From the NCBI GenBank assembly GCA_976551045.1, contig CDPCPM010000030.1, positions 2,418,001-2,482,000 on the forward strand: a stretch of DNA of 64,000 nt. The letters run 5' to 3'. Each line of letters starts with the position of its first letter. Positions within the stretch are counted from its first letter, which is position 1. A model generated the notes under the pieces. That model was not told the DNA's origin. It did no database searches and worked only from the letters and a program-made list of their open reading frames with translations. Positions 24,764 to 37,206 of this stretch are shown in pieces. The stretch comes from Glaucostegus cemiculus. Its lineage: Eukaryota. The position numbers and the translations under genes are program-made.

Positions 24764-24859
24764 ACCTGCAGAGTTCGGCAATGGAACAGCCGAGTAGATC
24801 ATCAACTGCAGAGCCCACGAAGGATCTGCCCTCTGTCCCCTTGAGTGAGACAGCCTCAG
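24764..24859 (+). CDS. Exon B 96 nt DLQSSAMEQPSRSSTAEPTKDLPSVPLSETAS
   Basis: tttgttccag| ... cag|gtacca. Confidence 0.75.
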
Positions 24860-26136
24860 GTACCAAGTCTTGAATTTCTGAAGGTTGACATAATCTCACT
24901 AATGCTGTGATATCGCACATCTAGCAGACTGATTCAACATCGTGTCGTGCATTGCAGCAGGGAGGTAAATGACGGTGTTGGTTGTTCATCTCTTCAATCT
25001 GTGCCTATATTCATTAGCATCTGAGGTCTCAGCCCTGGACATTCAGTACCTTGGAATGAGACTCACTCACGGATAAAGATGAGATATGTTGTCAGTCAGA
25101 GCAGCAGATCTGAGACCTGAGGTTTTGTAACTGGGGGATGTTTCATTCAACCTTGGGAATAAATGGTATCTGGATGAGGGAGCGGACGGGAGGCATCGCT
25201 GATACTGACAGTCAAGGTTGACAACCAGCATCAGGTTTATCAGTATCAATTTGTTCAACGGCATTGATAGCAGTTTTCGGGGATCACTTGTTCAGCCTAG
25301 GATGGTAAAATATGAGACATTTGCATGTTGAGGCAGAGGGATTGGAGACTGGTCATCCTTTGGGTGTGCGGGTAGCCTTGCGGTTTCAGGCAAAGCTCGA
25401 AAGGAGGAAACACACTTTACACCATCTATGCGAAGATAAGAGCGGACGTGGAAATTATTGTCTTCAGGAGACCTGGGGTATCATGGAGTCTATGAATCGT
25501 TGGGGTATCCGAGAGTGTTCTGGCATGTGGACATCAGAGACTGATGCGCGCATGCAACAATAAGGAGTCTTTATGCAAAGCTTGTGTCGTGGAGCAATGA
25601 GGGGGGGTCGCTAATTGAGGTTGTCTTCGGTGGCCTTTGAGTCTGGTGGAACTGGATGTTGGAGGGGGTGAGGGAGAATGATGATTTGATGGAGAGGGTG
25701 TATCTGGGAGTGTGATGGACAGACTTAGGTCAGAGAGGAGGACTGATGGAAATGAGAGGCAATAATTCCTCAGGAAATGATTGATGAGGGTGGTATGGTC
25801 ATTGGGAGAATATGGAGGGGAGAGTCTGCACTGGAGAAATGATTGACATGGCCCTGATTGACTATCAAACCCACCAGAGTCTGCAAGCTCTGATATCAGT
25901 AGTGTGGATCATTGAAGTGAAAACGAATCCCCAAGTTCAGACACAGAGCTGAATCAGGCTGTGACGGAGAGGAGTGCTCTGGAAGCAGAGAGCTTCTAAA
26001 GGGAGATGTATTGAACGGAGATGCATGATGTTGGTTTCTCCACAGATCCAGCCGCCTCCTTACCTTACACCTCTCCCATTCTGATTGTGCTACTTTGCGG
26101 CTCCGTGTCTCCCATGACTTTCTTCCTTTATTCCAG

Positions 26137-26220
26137 TCCAAGAGACATCTAAATTTGTACAATCCAATGGAGCATGGACACAGGAGGTGTCTTCTATCTC
26201 TGCAGGAAACAAGTCTGCAG
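26137..26220 (+). CDS. Exon A 84 nt VQETSKFVQSNGAWTQEVSSISAGNKSA
   Basis: tttattccag| ... cag|gtaaca. Confidence 0.7.
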
Positions 26221-26356
26221 GTAACAAGACATATGTCAATGGGGTCATTCAGGAAGGATGTGGCCTGTAATTTTCTGTGTACCATGAATTTGTTCGATGT
26301 ACATTTCAGCTTGAGATGATGGATGGCGTCAGTTCCACCTCTGCTGCCAATTTCAG

Positions 26357-26377
26357 ATGAGTTTGAGAACTCATATG
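26357..26377 (+). CDS. Candidate 21-nt microexon M (DEFENSY)
   Basis: tttcag| ... |gtgggt; 3 nt shorter, frame kept. Confidence 0.4.
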
Positions 26378-26872
26378 GTGGGTGCACTTTCCAAGAATGT
26401 GCAACCATTGACGGTGGCAGGCGTAGATCACGATATGCAGGTGGGTCAGTGGATCGTGCTGGAGGACTGAGACCTGGTGTTTGAAGTCAAGGGATAGAGA
26501 GTGTCCGATGGGTGTGTTTGAAGTGACTTTCAGGCAGGAGTTACAAGACTGATTTACAAATTTATGAGCGGTACTGATTGGTGCGAATGCAGGAAACATG
26601 TCCTGTTACTGAAGTGAATCTGGATGACATCATTTTGACAATGTTCCAGATAATTTGAAGGGATTTCAGCAAGATGTCTGCGCACCAGAGGACCCTTGGA
26701 GTGTCGGGGTATAAGTTAGCATGCTGGAGTATAAGCGCCTTGGAGTACACTGGAGGTTTGGAAGCATGGAGTTAATTCTGCCTCTGAAAATAAGAGGGAT
26801 TTGAATGTCTCTATGACATCAGAGTGTAAGGATTGTCAGATACACTTCTCTGCCTCTGTTCCGTTATTTCAG

Positions 26873-26968
26873 ACCTGAAAACTTCCCCAAAAGAACAGCC
26901 GAGTGGAGCATCAACTGGAGAGCCAACCCAGGGAACGTCCTCCGTCGCCTTGAGTGAGACAGCATCAG
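26873..26968 (+). CDS. Exon B 96 nt DLKTSPKEQPSGASTGEPTQGTSSVALSETAS
   Basis: ttatttcag| ... cag|gtacta. Confidence 0.75.
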
Positions 26969-29148
26969 GTACTAAGTCGTGTGTGTCTGAATTTTCATAC
27001 AATCTCTACGATGCTGTGATGTAGAACTTAATACAGACTGATTCACATTCGGGGCGTGCATTGCCGGTTGGAGGTAAATTACGGTACTGGTTGTTTATCT
27101 GTCTACTCTGTGCCGATCGTCAGTACCATCTGAGGTCTGCACGCCTGTCAATCAGCACCTTGCTCGGAGCCTCATTCATAGGACTGAATGAGATTTGTTG
27201 ACAACCGGAGCAGCAGATTTTAGACCTGAGCTGTGGTAACTCTGGGAATATAAGTGGTCACTTGTGGATGTATAATTGAGATTCAGAAATGTAACGGATA
27301 TGGGTGAGGGAGCGGACGGGAGACTCCACTGGTGCTGAGAGCCTGGGTTGACAATCAGTTGAAAGATTATGAACTTCACCTTGTTCACAGGCATAGACAT
27401 CAGGAAATGAGGGTATGGTGGATCACTTGTCGAGCCTGCGCTGATCGAATATGAGGTGTTACAATGGTGTAGCTGAGGGATAGGAGACTATTCATTTTTT
27501 GGGTTTGTGGCAGGTACACCTGGTGATTTGATGTGCAGAGGGAAGGGTTGGAAAACACTGGACATCTGGACCTTGAGAATAATGGATGTTCCGCTGAGGT
27601 TGCTGAATTTAGAAGGTGCAGGGAATCAGGGAGATTATGAACTGTTGCAGTATGAGTCGGTCTTTTATTGGTTTGGGCATAGGAGAATGATCGAGGTTTG
27701 AAGCAGTTGTAGGTCTTTCTGGAAAGCTTGTGTGGCGGATAAATGACTGTGGTCACGAACTGAGGTGGCCTTTGTTGCGTTTTGAAGGTAGAAACAGTGG
27801 GTTTTGAAGAGGGTCAAGCAGATTGATGAGTGGAGGGAATGTGTCTAACTGGGACAGTGATTGACTGAGGTCGGAGATGAGGACAGAGGGAAATGAAAGG
27901 GACAGTGACATCTTCGTCTCGTGCATTGTAGCAGGGAGGTCAATGCCGGTGTTGGTTGTTTATCTGTCCACTCTGTGTTGATCTTCAGAATCATTTGAGG
28001 TCTGCACGCCTGTCAATCAGCACCTGGCTAGGAGCCTCATTCATAGGACTGAATGAGATTGGTTGACAACCAGAGCAGCAGATTTTAGACATGAGCTGTG
28101 GTAACTGTGGGAGTATAAGAGGTCACATGGGGATGTAAAATTGAGCTGCAGAAATGAATCGGATATGGGTGAGGGAGCGGACGGGAGTCTCAACTGGTGC
28201 TGAGAGCCAGGGTTGACAATCAGCTGAAAGATTATGAACTTCACTTTGTTCACAGGCATAGACATCAGGAAATGATTGTATGGTGGATCACTTGTCGAGC
28301 CTGCGCTGATCGAATATGAGGTGTCACAATGGTGTGGCTGAGGGATAGGAGACAGTCCATTTTTTGGGTGGGTGGCAGGTACACCTGGTGATTTGAGGCA
28401 CGGGTTGGGGGGGTTTGGAAAGCTCTGGACATTTGGTCCTTGAGAATATTGTAGGCTCCGTTAAGGTTGTTGAATTTGGGTGGTGCGGGGAATAAGGGAG
28501 ATAATGTACTGTTGCGATATGAGAGGCTGTTTTATTGGTTTGGGCATAGGAGAATGATAGAGGTTTGAAGCAAATCTGGGTCTTTCTAGATAGCTTGTGT
28601 CGTGGAACAAAGACTGGGGACAGGAACCGGGGGAGGCTTTGTTACCTTTTGAAGTTAGAAACACAGTGGGTGTTGAAGAGGTTCAAGCCGATTGATGAAT
28701 GCAGGGAATGGGTGTGACTGGGAGAGTTATTGACTGACTGATGTCGGAGTTGAGGACAGAGAGAAATGACTGGGAAAGAGTCTCGGGGAAAGATTTAGGA
28801 AGGAGAGATAGGAAATGTGACAGGACGGAGAGGAGAGATTGCTGCAGAGCAAGGAGAGAGACGATCCCTGATTGACAGAAAAGCAACCAGAGTCTGTAGC
28901 TCTGGTATCAGCAGCGTGGATCATTGAAGGGAACACTGATTCCCATGATCAGTCACAGAAGCCGAAATCTGTCTGTGAGTGAGAGGAGTGATCTGGATGG
29001 ATAGAGCTACGGAATGGAGAGTTATTGAGCGGGAAAGCAGACGTTTGTTTCTCCACAGTCCCAGCCCCTACTCCGCCAAACTCCTCTCCGAGTTTGATAA
29101 CCTGTGTTGTTCCTTCTAATTGTCCATGTATCTCTTCTTTTATTACAG

Positions 29149-29244
29149 TCCCAGGGAGATCCAAAATGGACGATTCCGGAGGATCAGCGAATGGAGCTTC
29201 AACACAGGAGCCGTCTTCCAACCCAGTAGGAGACACGTCATCAG
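29149..29244 (+). CDS. Exon A 96 nt VPGRSKMDDSGGSANGASTQEPSSNPVGDTSS
   Basis: ttttattacag| ... cag|gtacca. Confidence 0.75.
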
Positions 29245-29617
29245 GTACCAAGACGTATATCAACGTGGTTATTCAGCGAAACTGTGTCCTCGAAGCTCTT
29301 GCGAACCATTCAAATGTTTTATGTGCATTTCAGCCGGACTTGATTGATGGTGTTAGTTCTATCCACGGCTGCCAAATTCAGCAATGCCTGAGACCTCTAA
29401 AAAAAGGGCTGGTTCGCTTACACTGCAAGGGCAGCCTTGGACGGAGGCTGGTGTAACTTATAATGTTGAGTTTCGTCAGCTTACAAATAAGAAGTACAGA
29501 AAACCGCTGTTTGTCCTCAAGGCATGGAAAGTGGCCGGTGACTGTGTTTGGTGTGACCTTAAGGCAAGATTTGCAAAGGGTCGGATGCACTTCCATGCCT
29601 CTGTTCCTTTATTGCAG

Positions 29618-29713
29618 AACTGAAGACTTCCCCTATATACCAGCCGACTGGATCATCAACTGGAGAGGCGACGCAGGAACCGTCCTCTCTCCCCTTGAGC
29701 AATACAGACTCAG
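29618..29713 (+). CDS. Exon B 96 nt ELKTSPIYQPTGSSTGEATQEPSSLPLSNTDS
   Basis: tttattgcag| ... cag|gtacta. Confidence 0.75.
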
Positions 29714-29866
29714 GTACTAAGTCTTGATTGTCTGATATTTCATGCGATCTCTCTGATTTTGTGATCGAGCCCGTTGTAGACTGATTTTCCTTCGTGGCGT
29801 GCATTGCAGCAAGGAGGTGAATGACGGTGTTGAATGTTTACCTCTCCCTTCTGTACACATCGTCAG

Positions 29867-29905
29867 TAGTAACTGAGGTCTCCACGGTTATCAATCAGCA
29901 CCTTG
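29867..29905 (+). CDS. Candidate 39-nt exon D (VVTEVSTVINQHL)
   Basis: tcag| ... ttg|gtatga. Confidence 0.4.
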
Positions 29906-30977
29906 GTATGAGCTTCATACATGTATCTGGATGAGACTTGTTGGCAGCCAGAGCAGCAGATCTGAAACCTGAGGATTGGTAACTGGCAGAATTTGATTGC
30001 GGATCCTTCAGTCAATTCAGGAATAAATGGTACCTGGGTGAGAGAGCGGATGGGTGGCTTCACTGATGCGGACAGGCAAGTTTGACATCCAGCTGCTAGG
30101 TTATGAACATCAATGTCTTCACTGCCATGAATATCAGGAAATGTGGGCTTTGGGGTATCACTGTCTGACCGTGGGATGTTTGAATTTGAGAAGTTGGGAT
30201 GATGTAACTGAGGGATAGGGGCTGATCATCGTGTGGATGGGCTGGAATCCCTGTGGTTTGAGGAGCAGATGGAGTGGTGGAAATACACTGGACACTTGAA
30301 CTGTAGTAATAAAGAGGGCACGATGTGATTATTAACATTGACGAGCTCGGGGCATCATAAAGTGTATGAATTCTTCGTATATGGGAGGATGTTCAAAGAA
30401 TATTGCATCAGAGAATGATCAGAGTATGAAGCACTGTTGAGCCTTAGTGAAAATCTTGTGTCCTGGAGCAATGACTTGTGTCAGTAATTGAGGTGTTCTT
30501 TGTTGGTGTTTGAGTGTGGTGACACTGAGCGTTGCAGTGTGTGAGATAGAATGATATTTTGAGGCAGAGTTGTATCTCGGACCTGATGAACAGACGTATT
30601 TCCGAGAACACGACTGATGGTCGTTAGAGGGAATACTTCCTCAGGAAATCATTGAGGAAGGTGAAAGGTTGGGGTGGATATTTTGCTCAAGAGAATGTGG
30701 TGACTGGGAATATGATGGCCTACAAACCCTCCAGAGTCTGCAAGCTCGGCATCAGCAGTATGAATCAGTAAAGGCAACAAACGTCCATATTTGGAGGCAC
30801 TGAAGCTGAACCTGGTTGTGCTGATGAGGAGTGATCTGGAGGGTGGAGCTTCTGAAGGGAGATGCATGATGTTGTTTTTTTCTGTGATCCAATCCCCTCA
30901 TCTCCAATCACCTTTCCCAGTCTGATTTTCCTCCTTTGCAGCTTCCAATCTGCCATGTCTCACTCTCTTTATTCCAG

Positions 30978-31494
30978 TCCCAGAGACTTCCAAATCTGGT
31001 ACTGGGATTGTTCACGGTGTAATTGAGAAGATTGAGAGGGGATCTGATTTAAACATACTTGATTGTTAAGGGATTGGACAAGATAGATACGGGAAATATG
31101 TTCCAGATGTTGGGGAAGTCCAGAACCAGAGCCCATGATTTAAGAATAAGGGGTTGGCCATTTAGGACAGAGGTGAGGAATAACTTCTTTTCCCAGAGGG
31201 TTGTGAGTTTGTGGAACGCACTGCCTCAGAGGGCAGAGGAGTCCAGTTCTCTGGGCATTTTCAAGCAGGAGATAGATAGGATTTCTCATAGATAGGGGAA
31301 TCAAGGGATATGGGGACAAATCAGGAAAGGGATATTGAGTGTTGAAAAATCTGCCACGATCACAAAATGGCGGAAGACTCGAAGGGCCGAATGGTCTACT
31401 TCTGCTACTATTTTCTCTTGCCTATTGAATAGAACGTACAATGCGACATCAATACTGGAGACGTCTTCAACCCCAGCAGGAACCCAGTCCTCAT
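30978..31494 (+). pseudogene. Type A exon disrupted by the duplicated LINE insertion (possible residual 21-nt exon 30978-30998)
   Basis: Same structure as the 19114 copy; exon resumes at 31431. Confidence 0.7.
30995..31430 (+). mobile_element. 5'-truncated CR1-like LINE 3' end (436 bp), duplicate of 19131-19566
   Basis: KGLDKID...GWPFRTEVRNNFFSQRVVSLWNALP; same junctions as the first copy. Confidence 0.9.
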
Positions 31495-31627
31495 GTACCA
31501 AGATTTATGTCGTGGTCATTCTCTACGTAAGTGACCTGGAGGCCACTGTCAACCATGCATTCATCAGATGTGGATTTCAGCTTGACATTATTGATGGTGT
31601 TAGTTCCACCCAAGCTGCCAATTTCAG

Positions 31628-31651
31628 AAGTGCCTGAGACCTCTGAATATG
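31628..31651 (+). CDS. Candidate 24-nt microexon M (EVPETSEY)
   Basis: tttcag| ... |gtggga. Confidence 0.35.
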
Positions 31652-32145
31652 GTGGGAGCACTTTCACAAATAAGAAACTTGGGGCAGAGGCTTCTCTAGA
31701 TCACTGTCTGGAGGTGGGCCAGTGGAACGAGCAAGAGGGCTGAGACCTGGTGTTTATCGTCAAGGGATAGAAAATGTCCGGTGGGTGTGTTTGGAATGAT
31801 ATTCAGAAAGGACATACACGATAATTTATTCGTTTATGAGCTGCACTGATTGGTCTGACTGCAGGCAACATGTCCTTCTATCAGAAGTGAATACAGAGGA
31901 CATCAATTCTGAAAGTGGTCAGATAATAAGAAGGAATCCCAGCAAGATGTCTGCACAGCAGAGGACATTTGGTGTGTCTGTGTTTCAGGGAGCATAATGG
32001 AGTGTAAGTGCCCTGGAGTACACTGGACGTTATGAAGTACCTGGTGGAATCTGGTTCTGCACGTTGATGGACTTTGGATATCCCTGTGACTTCAGAGTGC
32101 AAAACGCGTCGGATGCACTCCCATAGCTCTGTTTCTTTGTTCCAG

Positions 32146-32241
32146 ACCTGCAGAGTTCGCCAATGGAAGGGCCAAGTAGATCATCAACTGGAGAGCCCAC
32201 GAAGATACAGTCCTCTGTCCCCTTGATTGAGACAACCTCAG
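32146..32241 (+). CDS. Exon B 96 nt DLQSSPMEGPSRSSTGEPTKIQSSVPLIETTS
   Basis: tttgttccag| ... cag|gtaaca. Confidence 0.75.
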
Positions 32242-33534
32242 GTAACATGTCTTGAATGTCTGAAGTTTCATACCATCTCTCTGATTCTGTGATATATCAC
32301 CTCTTGCAGACTGATTCAACATCGTGTCGTGCATTGCAGCAGGGAGGTGAATGACGGTGTTGGTTGTTTATCCTTCACTCTGTGCCTATCTTCATTAGCA
32401 TCTTAGCTCTCAACCGTGGACCTTCAGACTCTTGGAATGAGACTCATTCACGTGTAAATAAATGATCTGTTGGAAGTCAGAGCAGCAGATCTGAGTCCTG
32501 AGGTGTGGTAACTCTAGGATGTTTCTTTCAAACTCAGGAATAAATGGCATCTGGGTGAGGGAGCGGACGGGAGGCTTCGCTGATACTGACAGTCAAGGTT
32601 GACAACCAAAATCAGATTTATCAATATCAATTTGTTCAATGGCATGGATATCAGGAAATGCAGGATTTGCGGGATCACTTGCTCAGCCTTGGATTATAGA
32701 ATGTGAGGAATTTGAATGTTAAGGCTGAGCGATAGGAGACTGACCATCCTGTGGGACAGCTGGGAACCTTGAGGATTCATGCACAGATGGAGGGGTGGAA
32801 ATAAACTGAACACTTGAACTGTGCCAAGATATTAATGTACGTGGAATTTATTGTCTTCAGGAGACCTGGGGTATCATGGAGTCTATGAATCTTTGGGGTA
32901 TCCGAAGGTCTTCTGGCATGTGGACATCAGAGACTGATGCGCACATGCAGCAATGTGGAGTCTTTATGCAAAGCTTGTGTCGTGGAGCAATGACGGGTGT
33001 CACTAATTGAGGTTGTCTTCGGTGGCCTTTGAGTCTGGTGGCACTGAGTTTTGGGGAGGGTGAGGGAGAATGATGACTTGAGGGAGAGGGTGTAACTTGG
33101 AGTGGGATGGAAAGACTTAGGTCAGAGAGGAGGACTGATGGAGATTAGAGGCAACAATTCCTCAGGAAAAGATTGAGGAAGGTGGGACCGTTACTGTGAC
33201 AGGATGGAGGGGAGAGATTGCTGTGCAGAAAGGAGTGACACGATCCCTGATTGAGCATAAACCCACCTGAGTCGGCAAGCTGTCGTATCAGCAGTGTAGA
33301 TTATTGAAGTGAAAACGAATACCCAAGTACATGCACTGAAGCTGAAACTAACGGTTACAGAAGGGAGTGATCTGGAGGGAGAAAGATTGTGAAGGGAGCG
33401 GTATTGTACAGAGATGCATGACGTTTGCTTCGCCAAATCTACAGTCGCCTCTTTCCCCCACATCTTTCCCAGTCTGATTTCCTGCTTTGCTGCTTCCTGT
33501 CTCCCATGTCTTTCTTTCTTTATTCCATTCCCAG

Positions 33535-33612
33535 GGACTTCTATGAGAGAACAGTACAATGGAGCATCAACACGGGCGGCTTCTACTGTCCCAGCAGAAA
33601 ACACGTCTTCAG
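33535..33612 (+). CDS. Type A exon using a backup acceptor (78 nt) GTSMREQYNGASTRAASTVPAENTSS
   Basis: Primary CAG>CAT, but tttattccattcccag| lies 6 nt downstream in frame; donor cag|gtacca intact. Confidence 0.45.
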
Positions 33613-33748
33613 GTACCAAGACATATGTCAATGGGGTCATTCAACCACGATGTGGCCTGGAAGCTGCTGTGAACCATGCATTTGTTAGATGTGCATTTCA
33701 GCTTGACACGATGGATGGTGTCAGTTCCACCCCTGCTGCTAATTTCAG

Positions 33749-33772
33749 AAGAGTTTGAGACCTCTGAAAATG
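33749..33772 (+). CDS. Candidate 24-nt microexon M (EEFETSEN)
   Basis: tttcag| ... |gtgggt. Confidence 0.4.
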
Positions 33773-34021
33773 GTGGGTGCACTTTCCTGGAATGTGCAAC
33801 CATAGACACGAAGGTAATAGGAAACCCCAAGTTCCGGCACTGTCCTTCCAGATCACAGCTCACAGTCATAGCCAGGTTCAGCTTCAGAGATTCTGAAGGG
33901 AGAGATATTGAACGGTGATGCATGATGTTGGTTTTCCTCAGATCCAAACTTTCCCAAATTCGCAATCTGATTGTCCTGCTTTGCGGCTTCCAATCTCCAT
34001 GTCTCTCTCCGTTTGTTTCAG

Positions 34022-34117
34022 TCCCAGAGACATCCAAAGGGGAACAATCCGGAGGATCATCCAATGGAGCATCAACACAGGAGTCGTATTCAGGCCCAGC
34101 AGGGGACACCTCCACAG
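34022..34117 (+). CDS. Exon A 96 nt VPETSKGEQSGGSSNGASTQESYSGPAGDTST
   Basis: tttgtttcag| ... cag|gtacca. Confidence 0.75.
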
Positions 34118-34489
34118 GTACCAAGACGTATGTCAATGCGGTCAATCAGAAAAGCTCAGGACTCGAAGCTCTTGCGAACCATTCAATTGTGAGATGAACA
34201 TTTCAGCCGGACGTGATTGGTGGTGTGTGTTCAGTCCCCTGCTGGCAATTTCAGTAGTGCCTGAGACCTGTAAAAAAGAGAAAGGTTAACTTACTCGGAG
34301 TGGGCAGCTTTGGTCGGCGTCTGGTGTAATTCATGATATGGGGTTTTGTCAGTTTTTCGAACAGAGGGAATGAAAACTTGTCTTTGCCCACACGGCATGG
34401 AAAGTGGTGCGTGACTGTATTTGGTTTGACTATCGGTCAGGGTTTACAAGGGTCGGATGCACTCCCATGCCTCTGTTCCATTATTACAG

Positions 34490-34585
34490 ACCTGAAGACT
34501 TCCGCGATGGAACAGCCGACTGGATCATCAAATGGAGAGCACACGCAGGTTCCTTCCTCTTTCCCCTTGAATGAGACATCCTCAG
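34490..34585 (+). CDS. Exon B 96 nt DLKTSAMEQPTGSSNGEHTQVPSSFPLNETSS
   Basis: ttattacag| ... cag|gtacga. Confidence 0.75.
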
Positions 34586-35883
34586 GTACGAAGTGTTCAA
34601 TGTCTAATATTTCATACACTCTCTCTGATGCGGTGATATAGCACTTACTGTGGGCTGATTCACCTTCGTGCCCTGTATTGCAGCAGGGAGGTGAATAATG
34701 TTGTTGGATGTATATCCATCCCATCTGTGCCCATCGTCAGTAGTAACTAAGGTCTCCACGGTGGACATTCTGCACCTTGTGATGAGCCGCATACATGGGT
34801 CTGGGTGTGACTTGTTGGCAGCCAGTGCAGCAGAAGAGTGATTTGAGGTTTGGTTACTGGGGGATTTGAGCCGTCACTGAAGATGTGTCAGTCAGATTCA
34901 GGAGCAAATGATATTTGTGTGAGGGAGCGAACGGGAGATTTCTCTGATGCTGACAGCCAGGGTTGACTGACAAGTTTGATTCAGCAAGGTTATGAATATC
35001 AGTTTGTTCACTGGCATGGATATCAGGAAATTTGGTCTTTAGCATAATCAGTAGGTAGCCTGGGATTATTGAATATGAGGAGTTTGGATGGTGTTGCTGA
35101 GGGATAGGAGACTGGTCATCGTTGGGTGCGCGGGGATACCTGCTGGATTTAGGCACAGATGGAGGGGGAAAGACACTGGACACACCAACTTTGGGAACAC
35201 TAAAGGGTTCTTGGAAGGTATTGTCGGTCAGAATCCTGGTGTATCATTGATTGTATGAATTGTTGGGTTATGAGAGGGTGTTCTAGGATATGGGCATCGG
35301 ATGTGCGTGTGACGAAATGTTGAATCTTTGGGGAAAGCATTCACAGTGGAGCATTGACTGGTGTAAGTAATTGAGGTTGTCTTTGTTGGTCTCTGAGCGT
35401 GGTGACACTGAATGTTGGATAGTCTGATGTAGAAAGATGCTTTGACGTACAGAGTGTAACGGAGTGCGATGGGCAGAATATCAGAGAAGACTGATGAGAT
35501 TGGAGGGAATAATTACACAGGAAATGATTAAAGAAGCCAGGATGTGAATTGCGACAGTCTGGAGGGCAGATGTTACTGTAGGGAATGGAGATACATGGTA
35601 CCTGATTGACAGCAAACCCACCAGAGTCTGCAAACTCCGGTATCAGCAGTGTCAATCATTTAAGGCAACACGAATCCCCACGTTCAGGCACCGTCTCTCC
35701 AGATCACACCTCTCAGTCACAGCCACGTTCAGCTTCAGAGATTCTGAAGGTAGAGATATTGAACCAAGATGCATGATGTTGGTTTGCCACGGATCTAGCC
35801 CCTTTTTCCCCAAACTCCTTTCCCACTCTGATTTCCCCGCTTTGCCGCTTCCAATCTCCCAAGTCTCTTTCCGTTTATTCCAG

Positions 35884-35979
35884 TCACAGATACTTCTAAA
35901 AAGGATCAATCAGGAATATCACCCAGTGGAGCATCAGCACTGGAGCCATTTTCTATCTCAGCAGGAAACACGTCCTCAG
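35884..35979 (+). CDS. Exon A 96 nt VTDTSKKDQSGISPSGASALEPFSISAGNTSS
   Basis: tttattccag| ... cag|gtacca. Confidence 0.75.
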
Positions 35980-36633
35980 GTACCAGGAAATCTGAATATG
36001 AGGTCATTCAGGAAGGATGTGGCCTCGAAGCTCCTGTCAACGTTCATTTGTTAGATATGCATTTCAGCTTGACTTGGTGGATGGTATCAGTTCCACAACC
36101 GATATCAATTTTAGAAGTGTCTGAGACGTCTGAAATGGCTGGGAGTAAGTTCCCGGAATGAGCAACCGTGGGCAGAGACTGGTGTAGATCATGATGTTGT
36201 GGTGGTCGAGTGGACGGAGCATGAGAACTTAGACTTAGTGTTTGTCTTCAAGGGATAGAAAGTGGCCGGTGGGTGTGTTTGGAGTGTTCCTCCGTCAAGA
36301 TTTACAAGTCAAATTTATGAATTATGACCTGTACTGATTGGTTTGACTGCAGGAAACATGACCTGTTATCAGAAGTAAATACAGAGGACATCAATTCGGC
36401 AAGTCTTCTTATATTTAGAAGGGAAACCAGCAAGATGTCTGCACACCAGAGGATACTTGGAGTTTTTGGGTATTTGGGAGCACGTTGGAGTGTCAGTGCC
36501 TTGGAGCACTCTGGAGGTTAGCAGGAATGGAGTGCACTCTGGCTCTGAACATCAAAGGGCCTCTGCTGTTCCTGTGACATCAGCGTGCAGGGAGGGTCGG
36601 ATGCACTCCCATGCCTCTGTTCCTTTATTCCAG

Positions 36634-36729
36634 ACCTGAAGACTTCCCCAGTGAAACAGCCGAATGGATCATCAACTGGAGAGCCAACGCAGGAACTGTT
36701 CTCTGTCCACTTGACTGAAACAGCCTCAG
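36634..36729 (+). CDS. Exon B 96 nt DLKTSPVKQPNGSSTGEPTQELFSVHLTETAS
   Basis: tttattccag| ... cag|gtacta. Confidence 0.75.
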
Positions 36730-36999
36730 GTACTATGTCTTGAGTGTACGATGTACATTACAATCGCTTTGATGCTGTGATATAACAGATATTGCAGACT
36801 GATTCACCTTCGTGGACTCTTTGTGCCTATCTAAGCAGCATGTGAGGTCTCCAAGGAGGACATGCAGCTCATTGGTACGAACCTCATTCATGGGTCTCGA
36901 TGAAATTCGTGGCCAGCCAGAGCAGCAGAACTGAGTCCTGAGGTTTTGTAACTGGGGTAATTTGAGTGGTGATGTTTCAGTCAACATGAGGAATAAATG

Positions 37000-37206
37000 C
37001 AGTGGAGGCCAATTCTCTGGACACTTTCAAGAAGGAGCAAGATAGGATTCTTGTGGATGAGGGAATCAAGGGATATGGGGACAAAGCAGGAATAAGATAT
37101 CGATAGTTGATGATCAGCCATGATCTCAAAATGGCGGTGCAGAATCGAAGGGCCAAATGGTCTACCTCTGCGCCTATTTTCTATTGTCTATTATTGTCTA
37201 TTGTCT
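37000..37206 (+). mobile_element. Short 3' fragment of the same CR1-like LINE family, with (CTATTGT)n tail
   Basis: Homologous to ~19370-19566; microsatellite tail ctattgtctattattgtctattgtct; target-site duplication ATAAATG at 36993-36999 and 37207-37213. Confidence 0.9.

Larger units (their letters stand above)
16045..36600. repeat. Higher-order duplication with ~11.87 kb offset (~16.05-24.7 kb repeated at ~27.9-36.6 kb)
   Basis: Exon pairs 17284/29149, 22154/34022 and 24018/35884, and the same 436-bp LINE insertion at 19131/30995, are offset by 11,864-11,868. Confidence 0.9.

Noticed and set aside
29948-29978. Possible exon ending at the conserved TTG|GTAACT
   Set aside because: Candidate acceptors give 31, 27 (with in-frame TGA), 22 or 19 nt; there is no pyrimidine tract and it lies too close to D for an intron.
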